Assembly (NCBI GenBank): GCA_030587475.2
Contig: JAUQYZ020000045.1
Span: forward strand, 1 to 17,633
Origin: Candidatus Sigynarchaeum calidifontis
GTDB lineage: Archaea; Asgardarchaeota; Lokiarchaeia; Sigyniarchaeales; Sigyniarchaeaceae
Direction of reading: 5' to 3'
Length of the DNA stretch: 17,633 nt
Below are positions 7,095 through 15,735 of this stretch, piece after piece (position 1 is the stretch's first letter; the number at the start of each line of letters is the position of its first letter). The notes beneath the pieces were generated by a model. The model ran no database searches and was not told the DNA's origin. It saw only the letters and a program-made list of their open reading frames with translations. The position numbers and the translations under genes were made by a program.

Positions 7095-9284
7095 ATGACA
7101 TTAATGAAAAGACGTCAAGCCAAGGGAGAACAAGAGATCATTTCGATTACTGACGAGAAAGATGTCATTGAAAATATCGTGAAGAAAAAAGAAACAGGTT
7201 GGGATGAGGTAGGGTTCGCAAGACCAATCGGAGGCTTTTTTTACAATTATATCTTGTTTATCGTCGGCGCGCTCATCGTGCTCGCCCTCGGCACGACGCT
7301 ATTGCCGGCGGTGGTACCTTACCCTGAGATCTTCGGATACAGCACGATCGTGACGGGGTATTTCAAGCTGCTGTTCATGCTGTTCGACGCGGGGCTAGGC
7401 GACGCGCTCGGCCGGTTTTTGCCAGAATATCGCATCAAGAATCCAAAGCGAGCAATGGAATACATTTCTTTCTTTATATGGTTTCAAATGTTCACCGGGC
7501 TTGTCCAGGTAACCATGGTCGCTGCTTTCGTCATATCCTGGCTCCCAGAAATGACGATAGCGCATCTCGCGTGGATGATGCTCATCTATTCGACCGTGCA
7601 ATACCCCGGCATGCTCAGCATCTTCGCCAACGTGCTCCGTTCCTACCAGCAATTCGGGAAAGTCCAGCTGATCAGCTTCTTGCAAGACACGCTCATCCAG
7701 AACATCACGACGGTCGTGCTCGCGCTGGGTTTCGGGTATTGGTTCGACACGATTCCGAGCCTCGGGTTCGTAATGGGAGCCGCCACGGGATATATCCTTG
7801 GCCAATACGTCGACGATTTCATCGCCTTGATCATCGGTGCGAAGTTTTTTTCCGACGTGATGAAAGTTACCGGCTTCTCTGCACTCGACGCGATGCGGCC
7901 GCGTTTCAGCCGGAAGGTCGTCAAGGAATCGCTTGCTTTTGGCTTGAAAACGATGATAGGCCCTGTTTACGGCGTTGCCTTCGAATTCATCAGGTTGAAC
8001 GTCATGATCTTGCTTTTGCCGAGCTATGCGACGTGGATTGGATTGCTTAGCCTCGCCAAGGGCATCGCGGGTTTGGCCAACATTGCAGGACCGACCGCCA
8101 CGTGGACCGGGATCTCGTTTTCCGAGTCGTTCAACAATGGCAAAAAGCATCTGACCTACCATTACACGAAGTCGGCACTCAAGTGGATAACGTTCGTGAG
8201 CGCGTTTTTCTTGCCCGAGCTGATCATCGCGATCCCGACATTGCTCTATTCCGCGGTAAAGATATTGGGCACAGACTGGATCCTCGCAATCCCGCTCATC
8301 GCGCCATGCACTATCGAGCCGCTACTCGCGACGTACGACTCGATGCCCATGTCGGTCATCGCGAAGGTCGGCAAGCGCCTCGGCGAGAAGGAACGGGATG
8401 GCAAGGTGGAATACCAGGCAATGAAGGGCTCGCACATCCTCGAGCGCCAGCTCTTCTCGGTCCTCGAGACGTCCCTGAACTTCGGCATGCTCGTTCTCTT
8501 CATCTGGCTCGCGCCGCTCTTCGGCGGCATTAACGTCTACACGTTCATTTTCGCACCCATCCCGGTCAGGATCATCTTCGTCATCATCGGCTGGACGTAC
8601 ATCGACAAGCGCATCATTTCCTTGAAGCCGACGAGGGACTGGATGGGCCAGGGGCTCATCGCTACCGGGATCGCGACGGCGGTTTTCTGCGGGATCCTCT
8701 ACGTGCTCATCTTCTGGATCTACCCAGGAATGTACGACGCTACCCTTGCGGGGTTCAAGTCTGTTTTCCCGGAGGGCGACGTTGCAGAGTATCTCGCACT
8801 TATCCCCGGCGTCTTGATCATCCTTGCATCACTGCTCGTGTTTCCCGAGTGCATTTTCGCGCCCTTGTACGCTTATTTCGGCGGGTGGGACGACGTGTCA
8901 CTCGATGATTTCCGCAAGGCGGCCTTGTTAGCAGGCCCATCCAAGGGCATCACGATGCTCATGTACAAGATCAGCAAGTTTTTCCACGAGCGGTCGCCGT
9001 GGAAAAACAAGTTTGCCTTCAAGGACACGGAACTCGCCCTCAAGGAAGCGGACGAGCTCTTGCAGATCCGCAGGGCGCTCGATGCCAAGATCATCATGGA
9101 AAAGAAGACCAAGTACCTGGACGATCTCAAGGACCTGGAAGCCACGCTGGCCGCGGCGATCGAGTCGCGCGATTCCGATGATGCCCGCAGACTTCTTAGG
9201 TACATGGTGTCGATTGCCGAGGATAACAAGGACGACAAGCTCGCGACCGAGTACAAGGGAAGGCTTGCAAGACTTGAGAAGTGA
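7095..9284 (+). CDS. MOP/MATE-superfamily polysaccharide/oligosaccharide flippase-like membrane protein
   Basis: About 12-14 hydrophobic segments. It has FGYSTIVTGYFKLLFMLFDAGLGDALGRFLPEY (Wzx/Rft1-like D.GL..A..RF motif), NVLRSYQQF and KESLAFGLK. ATG 7095 (or 7104) is preferred over the track's TTG at 7017. Confidence 0.7.
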   Translation: MTLMKRRQAKGEQEIISITDEKDVIENIVKKKETGWDEVGFARPIGGFFYNYILFIVGALIVLALGTTLLPAVVPYPEIFGYSTIVTGYFKLLFMLFDAGLGDALGRFLPEYRIKNPKRAMEYISFFIWFQMFTGLVQVTMVAAFVISWLPEMTIAHLAWMMLIYSTVQYPGMLSIFANVLRSYQQFGKVQLISFLQDTLIQNITTVVLALGFGYWFDTIPSLGFVMGAATGYILGQYVDDFIALIIGAKFFSDVMKVTGFSALDAMRPRFSRKVVKESLAFGLKTMIGPVYGVAFEFIRLNVMILLLPSYATWIGLLSLAKGIAGLANIAGPTATWTGISFSESFNNGKKHLTYHYTKSALKWITFVSAFFLPELIIAIPTLLYSAVKILGTDWILAIPLIAPCTIEPLLATYDSMPMSVIAKVGKRLGEKERDGKVEYQAMKGSHILERQLFSVLETSLNFGMLVLFIWLAPLFGGINVYTFIFAPIPVRIIFVIIGWTYIDKRIISLKPTRDWMGQGLIATGIATAVFCGILYVLIFWIYPGMYDATLAGFKSVFPEGDVAEYLALIPGVLIILASLLVFPECIFAPLYAYFGGWDDVSLDDFRKAALLAGPSKGITMLMYKISKFFHERSPWKNKFAFKDTELALKEADELLQIRRALDAKIIMEKKTKYLDDLKDLEATLAAAIESRDSDDARRLLRYMVSIAEDNKDDKLATEYKGRLARLEK

Positions 9285-9330
9285 TTTTCTTCTCCCGGTC
9301 TTCGATAAAAGCGAAATGATCCCCCCTTCT

Positions 9331-10110
9331 TCACTTTTTCATCAAGCGCTCAACGAGCTGGCAGTCATAGTCGGCGTCTTGCATGCAAGCAAACCCGACG
9401 GCCACGAAGTCGTTGGGCTTTATATTGCTTATGCAGAAGCTAAGGCCCACCTCGGGCTCGATCCGGCCCGCCGCGAGAGGCTTGATGTTCAAGATCTGGA
9501 TCTTGGTGTTTTGAATGGCGGCGATAAGGGTATTTACTTCGATATTACTTTGAAAACCCATTACATTAAGGGGTTGGACGATCAATGACACGTCGTACTT
9601 CCGGTGATGGCATATCCTGATGGCATCGACGTAGTGCGTGCTCAACCCGGGAACCATGCCCTTGTCGCGGATATCGGCAAGGATCGGCTCGATGCCCTCG
9701 ATCTCGAGCTTCATCGTGTCCATCTTCGCGTCGACGTACGACCGGTGCGGCATGCAGACCGAGACATCGTGGTCGGCGCACCACTGCACCTGTCCGGGCA
9801 TCGTCGGAGGCAAGTCGGTCGCGGTCTCTCGCGCCGGGCTCGGCGAGCAAATCCAATGGAACTTCTCGCCGGTTTCTTTCTGCACCCGCTGGATGGCGGC
9901 GTAGATGTGGTCGCGGGGAGACGAGATGATCGCATTGACGCCGAATTCTTGCTGGATAAAGGTCATGATCTCGACGATCCGGTCGAGCGTGAGATATTCG
10001 TTGAAAAACATGTCTCTCGAAAGCGTGAAATGGCTAATGCCGCAAAACGGGTTCGATCCGCAGATGAGACGAGAGATCTCTAGATTTTCGAGCTTGACTT
10101 TAGGAATCAC
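9331..10110 (-). CDS. aldo/keto-reductase-like TIM-barrel protein (short, divergent)
   Basis: MIPKVKLENLEISRLICG (AKR N-terminal hairpin and strand 1), GMVPGLSTH, PLNVMG, IKPLAAGRI. The canonical DTAxxY motif is not visible. Confidence 0.7.
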   Translation of the reverse strand: MIPKVKLENLEISRLICGSNPFCGISHFTLSRDMFFNEYLTLDRIVEIMTFIQQEFGVNAIISSPRDHIYAAIQRVQKETGEKFHWICSPSPARETATDLPPTMPGQVQWCADHDVSVCMPHRSYVDAKMDTMKLEIEGIEPILADIRDKGMVPGLSTHYVDAIRICHHRKYDVSLIVQPLNVMGFQSNIEVNTLIAAIQNTKIQILNIKPLAAGRIEPEVGLSFCISNIKPNDFVAVGFACMQDADYDCQLVERLMKK

Positions 10111-10158
10111 AAGATATGCACCGGTCGATGTTCACTCGCGGGGCATAAAAAGGAAACG

Positions 10159-10533
10159 TCAATCGTGATCGGGTTCGCCGATCTCGACCTTGTAGCCCGC
10201 CCGTTCGAGTGCCCTTTCTTTGCCTAGCAATAAGGCTTGCAAGGCGAGGAAAGAGAGATGTATATCGAGATATTTGAGATATGCCTTTATTTTATTCAAA
10301 TAATCTTCGATAATGGCGAGCTGGAACTCTTTCCGGCCGAGCATTAACCGGCCATCTGCACCGATGATGAAATTCGAGAATAAATCCATCAAGGCATGGA
10401 TCTCCTTTCTTTTTTCCTCAAGGGTCGCGATCGAGCGGCGATATTTCTTGATCAGCTGGTCATCTTCCTTGATGTTCTTGCGCAACCACCGATCGTGGCT
10501 TGCAACCTTCCATGCCGTCGCCATGATCATCAT
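10159..10533 (-). CDS. hypothetical coiled-coil protein
   Basis: 124-aa ORF co-oriented with its neighbours, with two heptad-patterned helices separated by a Gly-containing segment; the start may be any of several ATGs. Confidence 0.6.
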   Translation of the reverse strand: MMIMATAWKVASHDRWLRKNIKEDDQLIKKYRRSIATLEEKRKEIHALMDLFSNFIIGADGRLMLGRKEFQLAIIEDYLNKIKAYLKYLDIHLSFLALQALLLGKERALERAGYKVEIGEPDHD

Positions 10534-10626
10534 CGATGCGAGGTGAACGATTTTCCCAGGACATGTATTAGGGGAGAACGCGGGATTAAAACCTCAGCGG
10601 TTTGAAAATGAAAGGCATTTGATGAT

Positions 10627-10662
10627 GGAAAAAAGGAAAAGGGAAACACGTGAAGGTGTTTC
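10627..10662 (-). terminator. hairpin plus U-tract terminator of the surface-protein gene
   Basis: Perfect 7-bp stem GAAACAC (10643-10649) / GTGTTTC (10656-10662) with a 6-nt loop, followed on the minus strand by CCTTTTCCTTTTTTCC, 16 nt after stop 10679. Confidence 0.65.
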
Positions 10663-10678
10663 TCGCGTTAATCAGCAC

Positions 10679-11644
10679 CTATTTGTTGCGGCGGCGCCGC
10701 ACCACTGAAACGATAATAACGACGCCGACGACTGCACCTACGGCAACCACGATGACCAGCAACCACGGGAAGTTGGGGAAGAGTGCCCCCCATGCAGAAG
10801 CGAAAGCGATCAACTCGGTGGCCGGGGTGAACGCAGTGACATGAATAGAACTCGAAGGAGACACGGGCGAGCCAGACGCTGCTAGGGACGCGGGTTCTAC
10901 GACCGCCGTGGGAGCGTCAGAAACACCGAGAAAATTGGCCAGATTCACGATCACGGTTACGTAAGTTGCGAGGATCAACCAAAATGCCCAGACGATCACC
11001 TGCATCTTGGCCAGAATCAAGTTACCAGTGCCAGTTGCATTCAGCAAGTTGATCCAGTCTTGCGACACGTTGAAACTGTAGACGACCATACAATGATCTT
11101 GCCGCGTGCAGAAAAGCACGTATTTATAGTCGGCAGCAGCCGAGAATTCCAGCATAACCGCGTGATCGACGTTCGGAACTTCGGGTTCCGACAACACGTA
11201 GGTCGACCCCTGGTGCACGCGCAATACCGCGACGACGATGTCCCAGACGTCCTTGATGCCGTCAATCTGGGATTCGTTCAAGCCAGCACTGGTTAGTAAA
11301 CCCCTCGCAGCTATCGTGCCAATGTCGTTCTTCGAGAGGTCGACTGCCTTGGAGAGCACGTTCCCGCCCTTGTCGATCATCGACGCGCCGATCACGTTTG
11401 CATCCACGAGACCGGCGGTCCCGTTCTTGAGCCACACTTGCGAGGAACACGTGACATTCCCGTTGGTCGTATCGGTATACCATTGCACGGAAATGGTGTT
11501 ATCCCAGACGAGAGTGTACCCGGCGAGCTTGTCTTGAGCCGGCATCCAGGATGGAAGCGCCGCGGCGCTGCCACGGATGGCGCAAACGAGAAAGAGCGCC
11601 GCAAGGATGGCGCTCACGGCAATTGTCTTTTTCGTTCCTTTCAT
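10679..11644 (-). CDS. secreted, C-terminally membrane-anchored hypothetical glycoprotein
   Basis: Signal peptide MKGTKKTIAVSAILAALFLVCAIRGSAA; sequons NVT, NGT, NES, NVS, NAT; an internal hydrophobic helix; an S/P/A linker; C-terminal TM followed by RRRRNK. Confidence 0.85.
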   Translation of the reverse strand: MKGTKKTIAVSAILAALFLVCAIRGSAAALPSWMPAQDKLAGYTLVWDNTISVQWYTDTTNGNVTCSSQVWLKNGTAGLVDANVIGASMIDKGGNVLSKAVDLSKNDIGTIAARGLLTSAGLNESQIDGIKDVWDIVVAVLRVHQGSTYVLSEPEVPNVDHAVMLEFSAAADYKYVLFCTRQDHCMVVYSFNVSQDWINLLNATGTGNLILAKMQVIVWAFWLILATYVTVIVNLANFLGVSDAPTAVVEPASLAASGSPVSPSSSIHVTAFTPATELIAFASAWGALFPNFPWLLVIVVAVGAVVGVVIIVSVVRRRRNK

Positions 11645-11819
11645 TGTTATCGAACCCCTTAACGCTGCTCCTTGTTAGGGTGGCTACTCAATGAAATAGA
11701 AGGCATTTATACCCATCTACATGAGTTCTCCTCTTGAACAAGATAAAAACCTGGCCACCCGTCTGCAAAGATGATTCTTCGAAACATCTGCGCTCTTGAG
11801 CAAGCACGATGATCTTGCA

Positions 11820-13316
11820 TCAATCCCGAACAACTAACGATCGTGCAATGATCTTGAAATTTTCCATTATTTCGACAAACGACGCGTCATAAGGCATCCA
11901 CCAGACATCCGGTTCCTTGAATTTGTCAACATGCACGTGCAAGGGATCCACGACTTCGAGGAACCCGAACCGTCCATGTGTCCTGCCGATACCTGATGCC
12001 TTCGGCCCGCCCCAGGGGGTTTGTGCCAGTGCAAAAGTGTACACGACCTCGTTGATCATAACGGTCCCGGTCTCCAGCCTCTTGCCAAGTCGCACCCCCT
12101 TCTCGTGATCTTCTGTCCAGATGCTAGAAGTGAGGCCATATGGATTCGAGTTTGCCATCTCGATCACCTCGTCTTCATCCTTGAAGATGATGATCGCCAA
12201 CACGGGTCCGAATATTTCTTTCTGTACACAGTCCATTTCGTTCTTACAATTCCCCAGGATCGTGGGCTCCACGAAATATCCTTTTAGACTTGGATTCCGG
12301 CGGCCGCCGACTAGCACGGATGCCCCCTCCTTTTTGGCATCATCGATGGCCTTCAAGACCTTATTCATCTGGAACTCGTTGATCATGGCCCCCACGTCGA
12401 CACCAGGGTCAATCGGGTTTCCTTGCTTCAATTGTTTCGTGAGCGCGACGAGCTCGGTCGTGAATGGCTCTGCGACGCTCTCGTGGAGGTATAAACGCTT
12501 CACCGAAGAGCAAACTTGGCCAGAATTCGTGAAGCAGCCCCATCGCGCGGCTAGAGCAGCACGATGCAAGTTTGCATCTGGTAAAACGATCATTTCCGAC
12601 TTGCCACCGAGTTCGAGACAGACGGGGGTCAGCGTGTCCGCGGCCTTCCTCATAATCGCCTTCCCCGTCTCCGTGCTCCCCGTGAAAATGATCCGGTTTG
12701 CCTGGCTAATCATGGCATTCCCGATGACCGATCCGGACCCAAACACGGTCTGCATGAGCCCCTTGGGCAGGTCGGGTATCGAGTCGAACGCGGCTTGTAC
12801 TTGTTTCCCGACGAGTACCGTGTCTGAGGACGGCTTGAACACGACCGCATTTCCAGCCATGAGCGACTGCGTGATTTGGCTGAAGGGGATCGCGAATGGA
12901 TAGTTGTATGGCCCGATGACCGCCACGACACCCGCGGGTTTATACACGATGAAGCTTGACTTGCCGAGCGAGCTGTAAAAGCCAAGATCGATGTCCTCCC
13001 TCTTGTCTAGCACTTGTTCGGCCATGGTGTAATAATAGAACGTCGAATCCATTGCTCCGTAGACCTCGGAGGAGAGCGCTTCCAGCGGGGGCTTGCCCGT
13101 TTCTTTCGAAATAAGGATAGAAATCTCGTCAATCCGGTCGGCGATGTATTCGTTCACGCGCGCGACGATGCGTGCTCGTTTCCCCGTTCCGACATCCCGC
13201 CAGATCCGCTGGGCAGCACGTGCGGCGGTGAATATGGCGTCCAATGCATTGACCGGGGTTTCTTGAACCTCGCCGTTTTTTTCCAGCGTAGCCGGGTTCG
13301 TGCTCGTGATTACCAA
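11820..13316 (-). CDS. NAD(P)-dependent aldehyde dehydrogenase
   Basis: GPYNYP, FKPS, FTGSTETG, LELGGK (catalytic Glu), FTNSGQVCSS (catalytic Cys), KEIFGPV, PWGGPKASGIGR. TTG start. Substrate cannot be determined from sequence. Confidence 0.95.
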   Translation of the reverse strand: MVITSTNPATLEKNGEVQETPVNALDAIFTAARAAQRIWRDVGTGKRARIVARVNEYIADRIDEISILISKETGKPPLEALSSEVYGAMDSTFYYYTMAEQVLDKREDIDLGFYSSLGKSSFIVYKPAGVVAVIGPYNYPFAIPFSQITQSLMAGNAVVFKPSSDTVLVGKQVQAAFDSIPDLPKGLMQTVFGSGSVIGNAMISQANRIIFTGSTETGKAIMRKAADTLTPVCLELGGKSEMIVLPDANLHRAALAARWGCFTNSGQVCSSVKRLYLHESVAEPFTTELVALTKQLKQGNPIDPGVDVGAMINEFQMNKVLKAIDDAKKEGASVLVGGRRNPSLKGYFVEPTILGNCKNEMDCVQKEIFGPVLAIIIFKDEDEVIEMANSNPYGLTSSIWTEDHEKGVRLGKRLETGTVMINEVVYTFALAQTPWGGPKASGIGRTHGRFGFLEVVDPLHVHVDKFKEPDVWWMPYDASFVEIMENFKIIARSLVVRD

Positions 13317-13376
13317 TGCAAATACACGTACGAGCGTTCGTTGCTCGTCTTGATGTTACACGGAGAACAAACTCGT

Positions 13377-13420
13377 ATTTAAAATGCCTCCTTGGTAGGT
13401 AATCGCCGTCAACTTTATGT
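13377..13420. promoter_or_regulatory. divergent promoter region (ALDH / acyl-CoA synthetase-like operon)
   Basis: TTTTAAAT on the minus strand (13384-13377) and CTTTATGT on the plus strand about 30 nt before ATG 13448. Confidence 0.35.
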
Positions 13421-13447
13421 CACTGCTGCATCTTATCGTATTGGCAA

Positions 13448-14836
13448 ATGAGCGAGACAGACGAGATAGATCCCTTTTTCACACCGCGAAGCGTCGTGCT
13501 CGTCGGCGTGAGCAGGGACATGGATAAATTCAACGGGATCGTCCTGAAGAACTTGCTAGCCGTTAATTACCCCGGAAAAATATATCTCGTCAATCCCAAT
13601 GCCAAGGAGATCCTTGGCATTAAATGTTATCCCCGCTTGGTCGACCTTCCCGAAATTCCGGAACTCGCCATCATTCTACATTCCGATGTCGGCCGGATCC
13701 TTGAAAATTGCGGCAAGAAAGGCATCAAGCACGTCATCATCCAAGCCGACATCTCGCTTCAAGAAGGGGCAGACCAGGACCGTATCGACAGCACGATAAA
13801 CGAGATTGCTTCTCGATATGATATCAAGTTCATGGGTCCGTCCCTCATCGGGCTGATCAATTTCCCGGGCCATTTCACGTCGTCGCTCATCCCGGTTCGA
13901 GATCACGTGGCTCACCTCGGAGAAGATCCCGCGCGGGCAGCTATCGGGTTCATGGCCCAATCCGGGGGCCTTGCAGGCGCATGCGGGTGGTGGCACCCGT
14001 CGCAAGACATCTCGTTCGCAAAGGTCGTGCATTTCCATGGACAGGTGAATGGGTCCATTCCAGATGGTGCCCTGGTGAAATACATCGCTGCAGATCCGAA
14101 CGTGAAAGTCGTGTCCTTGTTCATCCGCAAGATCACGCAATCGCTGGTCGATGCTGTCCGCGAATGCACTAGCGCCAAGCCCGTCTTGTTCAAGAAATGC
14201 GGGCAGCCGGTCGACGTCGACAAGCTCGTGGCAGCAGGGGCGTTGCAAGTCGAGGAATACATGGATCTCTTCGAGATCGCAAAGGTATTCATTTTCTCGC
14301 CACTCCCCCTGGGCAACCGAATCGGTTTGATAGGGCCGAGCTCCGGCGCGATCGACGTGGTCTTGAGCGAGTTCAAGAAAAACGGCCTGGAGTTAGCCAA
14401 GCCGTCCCCGGAGATCGAACAAAAGATCATCGACTTGCTCGGGGGTCGCGCGGGCAAGCGATGCAATCCCGTGGATTTCTGGCCACCGCCGCGCTTCTTC
14501 GGCCACGAGATAGGCCGCATCCATCTCGAGGCCGCCGAGTACCTACTTTCGGATCCGAACGTCGATGCGATATTCCTTGTTCTCGAGTTTTTCCACGAGA
14601 TCGAGTTCGACTTGCGCATTTTCGAGGATGTACTCGCTCGCCACCCGGACAAGCCCGTCATGGGCGTGCTTATCCAGGCCGAGGAGGACGGGGCGAGCCG
14701 CGTCGTGAAGGCCGCGACGATCTTGAGGATACCCATCTTCTCGGAGCCAGAGCGGCTCGTGCGGGCATATTCGATGCTGTTCCGGTTCTCGCGCGCTCGT
14801 AAGACAACAACAAGACCGAAATCGAGGAAAGAATGA
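13448..14836 (+). CDS. acyl-CoA synthetase (NDP-forming) alpha-subunit-like protein lacking the phosphohistidine segment
   Basis: CoA-binding domain: FFTPRSVVLVGVSRD..K, YLVNPNAKEILGIKCYP. Also MGPSLIG, AQSGG, DPNVKVV, NPVD and DPNVDAI. The expected 'KxGR...AAxSHTG' loop is replaced by KKCGQPVDVD. Confidence 0.85.
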   Translation: MSETDEIDPFFTPRSVVLVGVSRDMDKFNGIVLKNLLAVNYPGKIYLVNPNAKEILGIKCYPRLVDLPEIPELAIILHSDVGRILENCGKKGIKHVIIQADISLQEGADQDRIDSTINEIASRYDIKFMGPSLIGLINFPGHFTSSLIPVRDHVAHLGEDPARAAIGFMAQSGGLAGACGWWHPSQDISFAKVVHFHGQVNGSIPDGALVKYIAADPNVKVVSLFIRKITQSLVDAVRECTSAKPVLFKKCGQPVDVDKLVAAGALQVEEYMDLFEIAKVFIFSPLPLGNRIGLIGPSSGAIDVVLSEFKKNGLELAKPSPEIEQKIIDLLGGRAGKRCNPVDFWPPPRFFGHEIGRIHLEAAEYLLSDPNVDAIFLVLEFFHEIEFDLRIFEDVLARHPDKPVMGVLIQAEEDGASRVVKAATILRIPIFSEPERLVRAYSMLFRFSRARKTTTRPKSRKE

Positions 14837-15735
14837 TGGTTGGAACGGCGAAACCCATCCATGTTAAAATCCACGGGCTCGACATCGGGGATGATTTCCC
14901 CGTACGCATCATGGGGGTCTTGAACGTGAGCCAAGAGAGCTTTTACAAGCGGTCGGTCGTGGATGCAAAGGACATCCTGGTCAAAGCGAAGGCGATGATC
15001 GCCGGAGGGGCCACGATGCTCGATGTCGGTGGCCGCAGCACGGCACCGAACGTGCAACCCATATCCGTTGACGAGGAACGTGCCCGCGTGGTCACGGCAT
15101 TGAAAGCGCTCCTGCCGGGCCTCGATAACGACCGGGTCATTATTTCGATCGACACCCAATTCGAATCCGTCGCTGCTAGTGCAATGGATATCTTCCGATC
15201 GAGCGGCATGGAAAACCAATTCGTCATCAATGACGTGAGCGGGTTGAATGGAGACCCCGATCTCGCCCGTTGGGTCGCCAGGACGGGCAAGCCGTGCATC
15301 ATCATGGCATCTCACGGGAAGCCCGGCGACTCGCTTGGCGTAGAGCAGACTATCGCGGATCTTGGACGCAGCATTTCAAAACTCCGCGCCCTCGGTTATA
15401 ACGTGGAAGAAAAAGTGATCGTCGATCCGGCGATCGGCCGCTGGATCCCCGATAAAGGTCCCATATACGACCTCGAACTGCTTCACGAGCTGGAGCGGTT
15501 CCGAGCCGTCGGCGCCCCGCTGCTTGTTGCCATCTCCCGGAAGTCTTTCATCGGCGAGGTACTCGGAGAAAAGAATCCCGACAACCGCTTATATGGTACC
15601 CTTTCCGCGACTGCCATCGCCGTGTTCAAGGGCGCCCACGTGGTAAGAACCCATGACATCAGCAAGGAGACCCTCGACACGATCAAGGTCGCTGAAGCAA
15701 TCCGAAGGAAAGCCATCACGAAATCATTACCGTGA
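14833..15735 (+). CDS. folP: dihydropteroate synthase (archaeal type)
   Basis: IMGVLNVSQESFY, LDVGGRSTAP, ISIDT, INDVSG, IVDPAIG, ISRKSFIG, VRTHD; ATGA overlap with the upstream gene. Confidence 0.92.
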   Translation: MMVGTAKPIHVKIHGLDIGDDFPVRIMGVLNVSQESFYKRSVVDAKDILVKAKAMIAGGATMLDVGGRSTAPNVQPISVDEERARVVTALKALLPGLDNDRVIISIDTQFESVAASAMDIFRSSGMENQFVINDVSGLNGDPDLARWVARTGKPCIIMASHGKPGDSLGVEQTIADLGRSISKLRALGYNVEEKVIVDPAIGRWIPDKGPIYDLELLHELERFRAVGAPLLVAISRKSFIGEVLGEKNPDNRLYGTLSATAIAVFKGAHVVRTHDISKETLDTIKVAEAIRRKAITKSLP

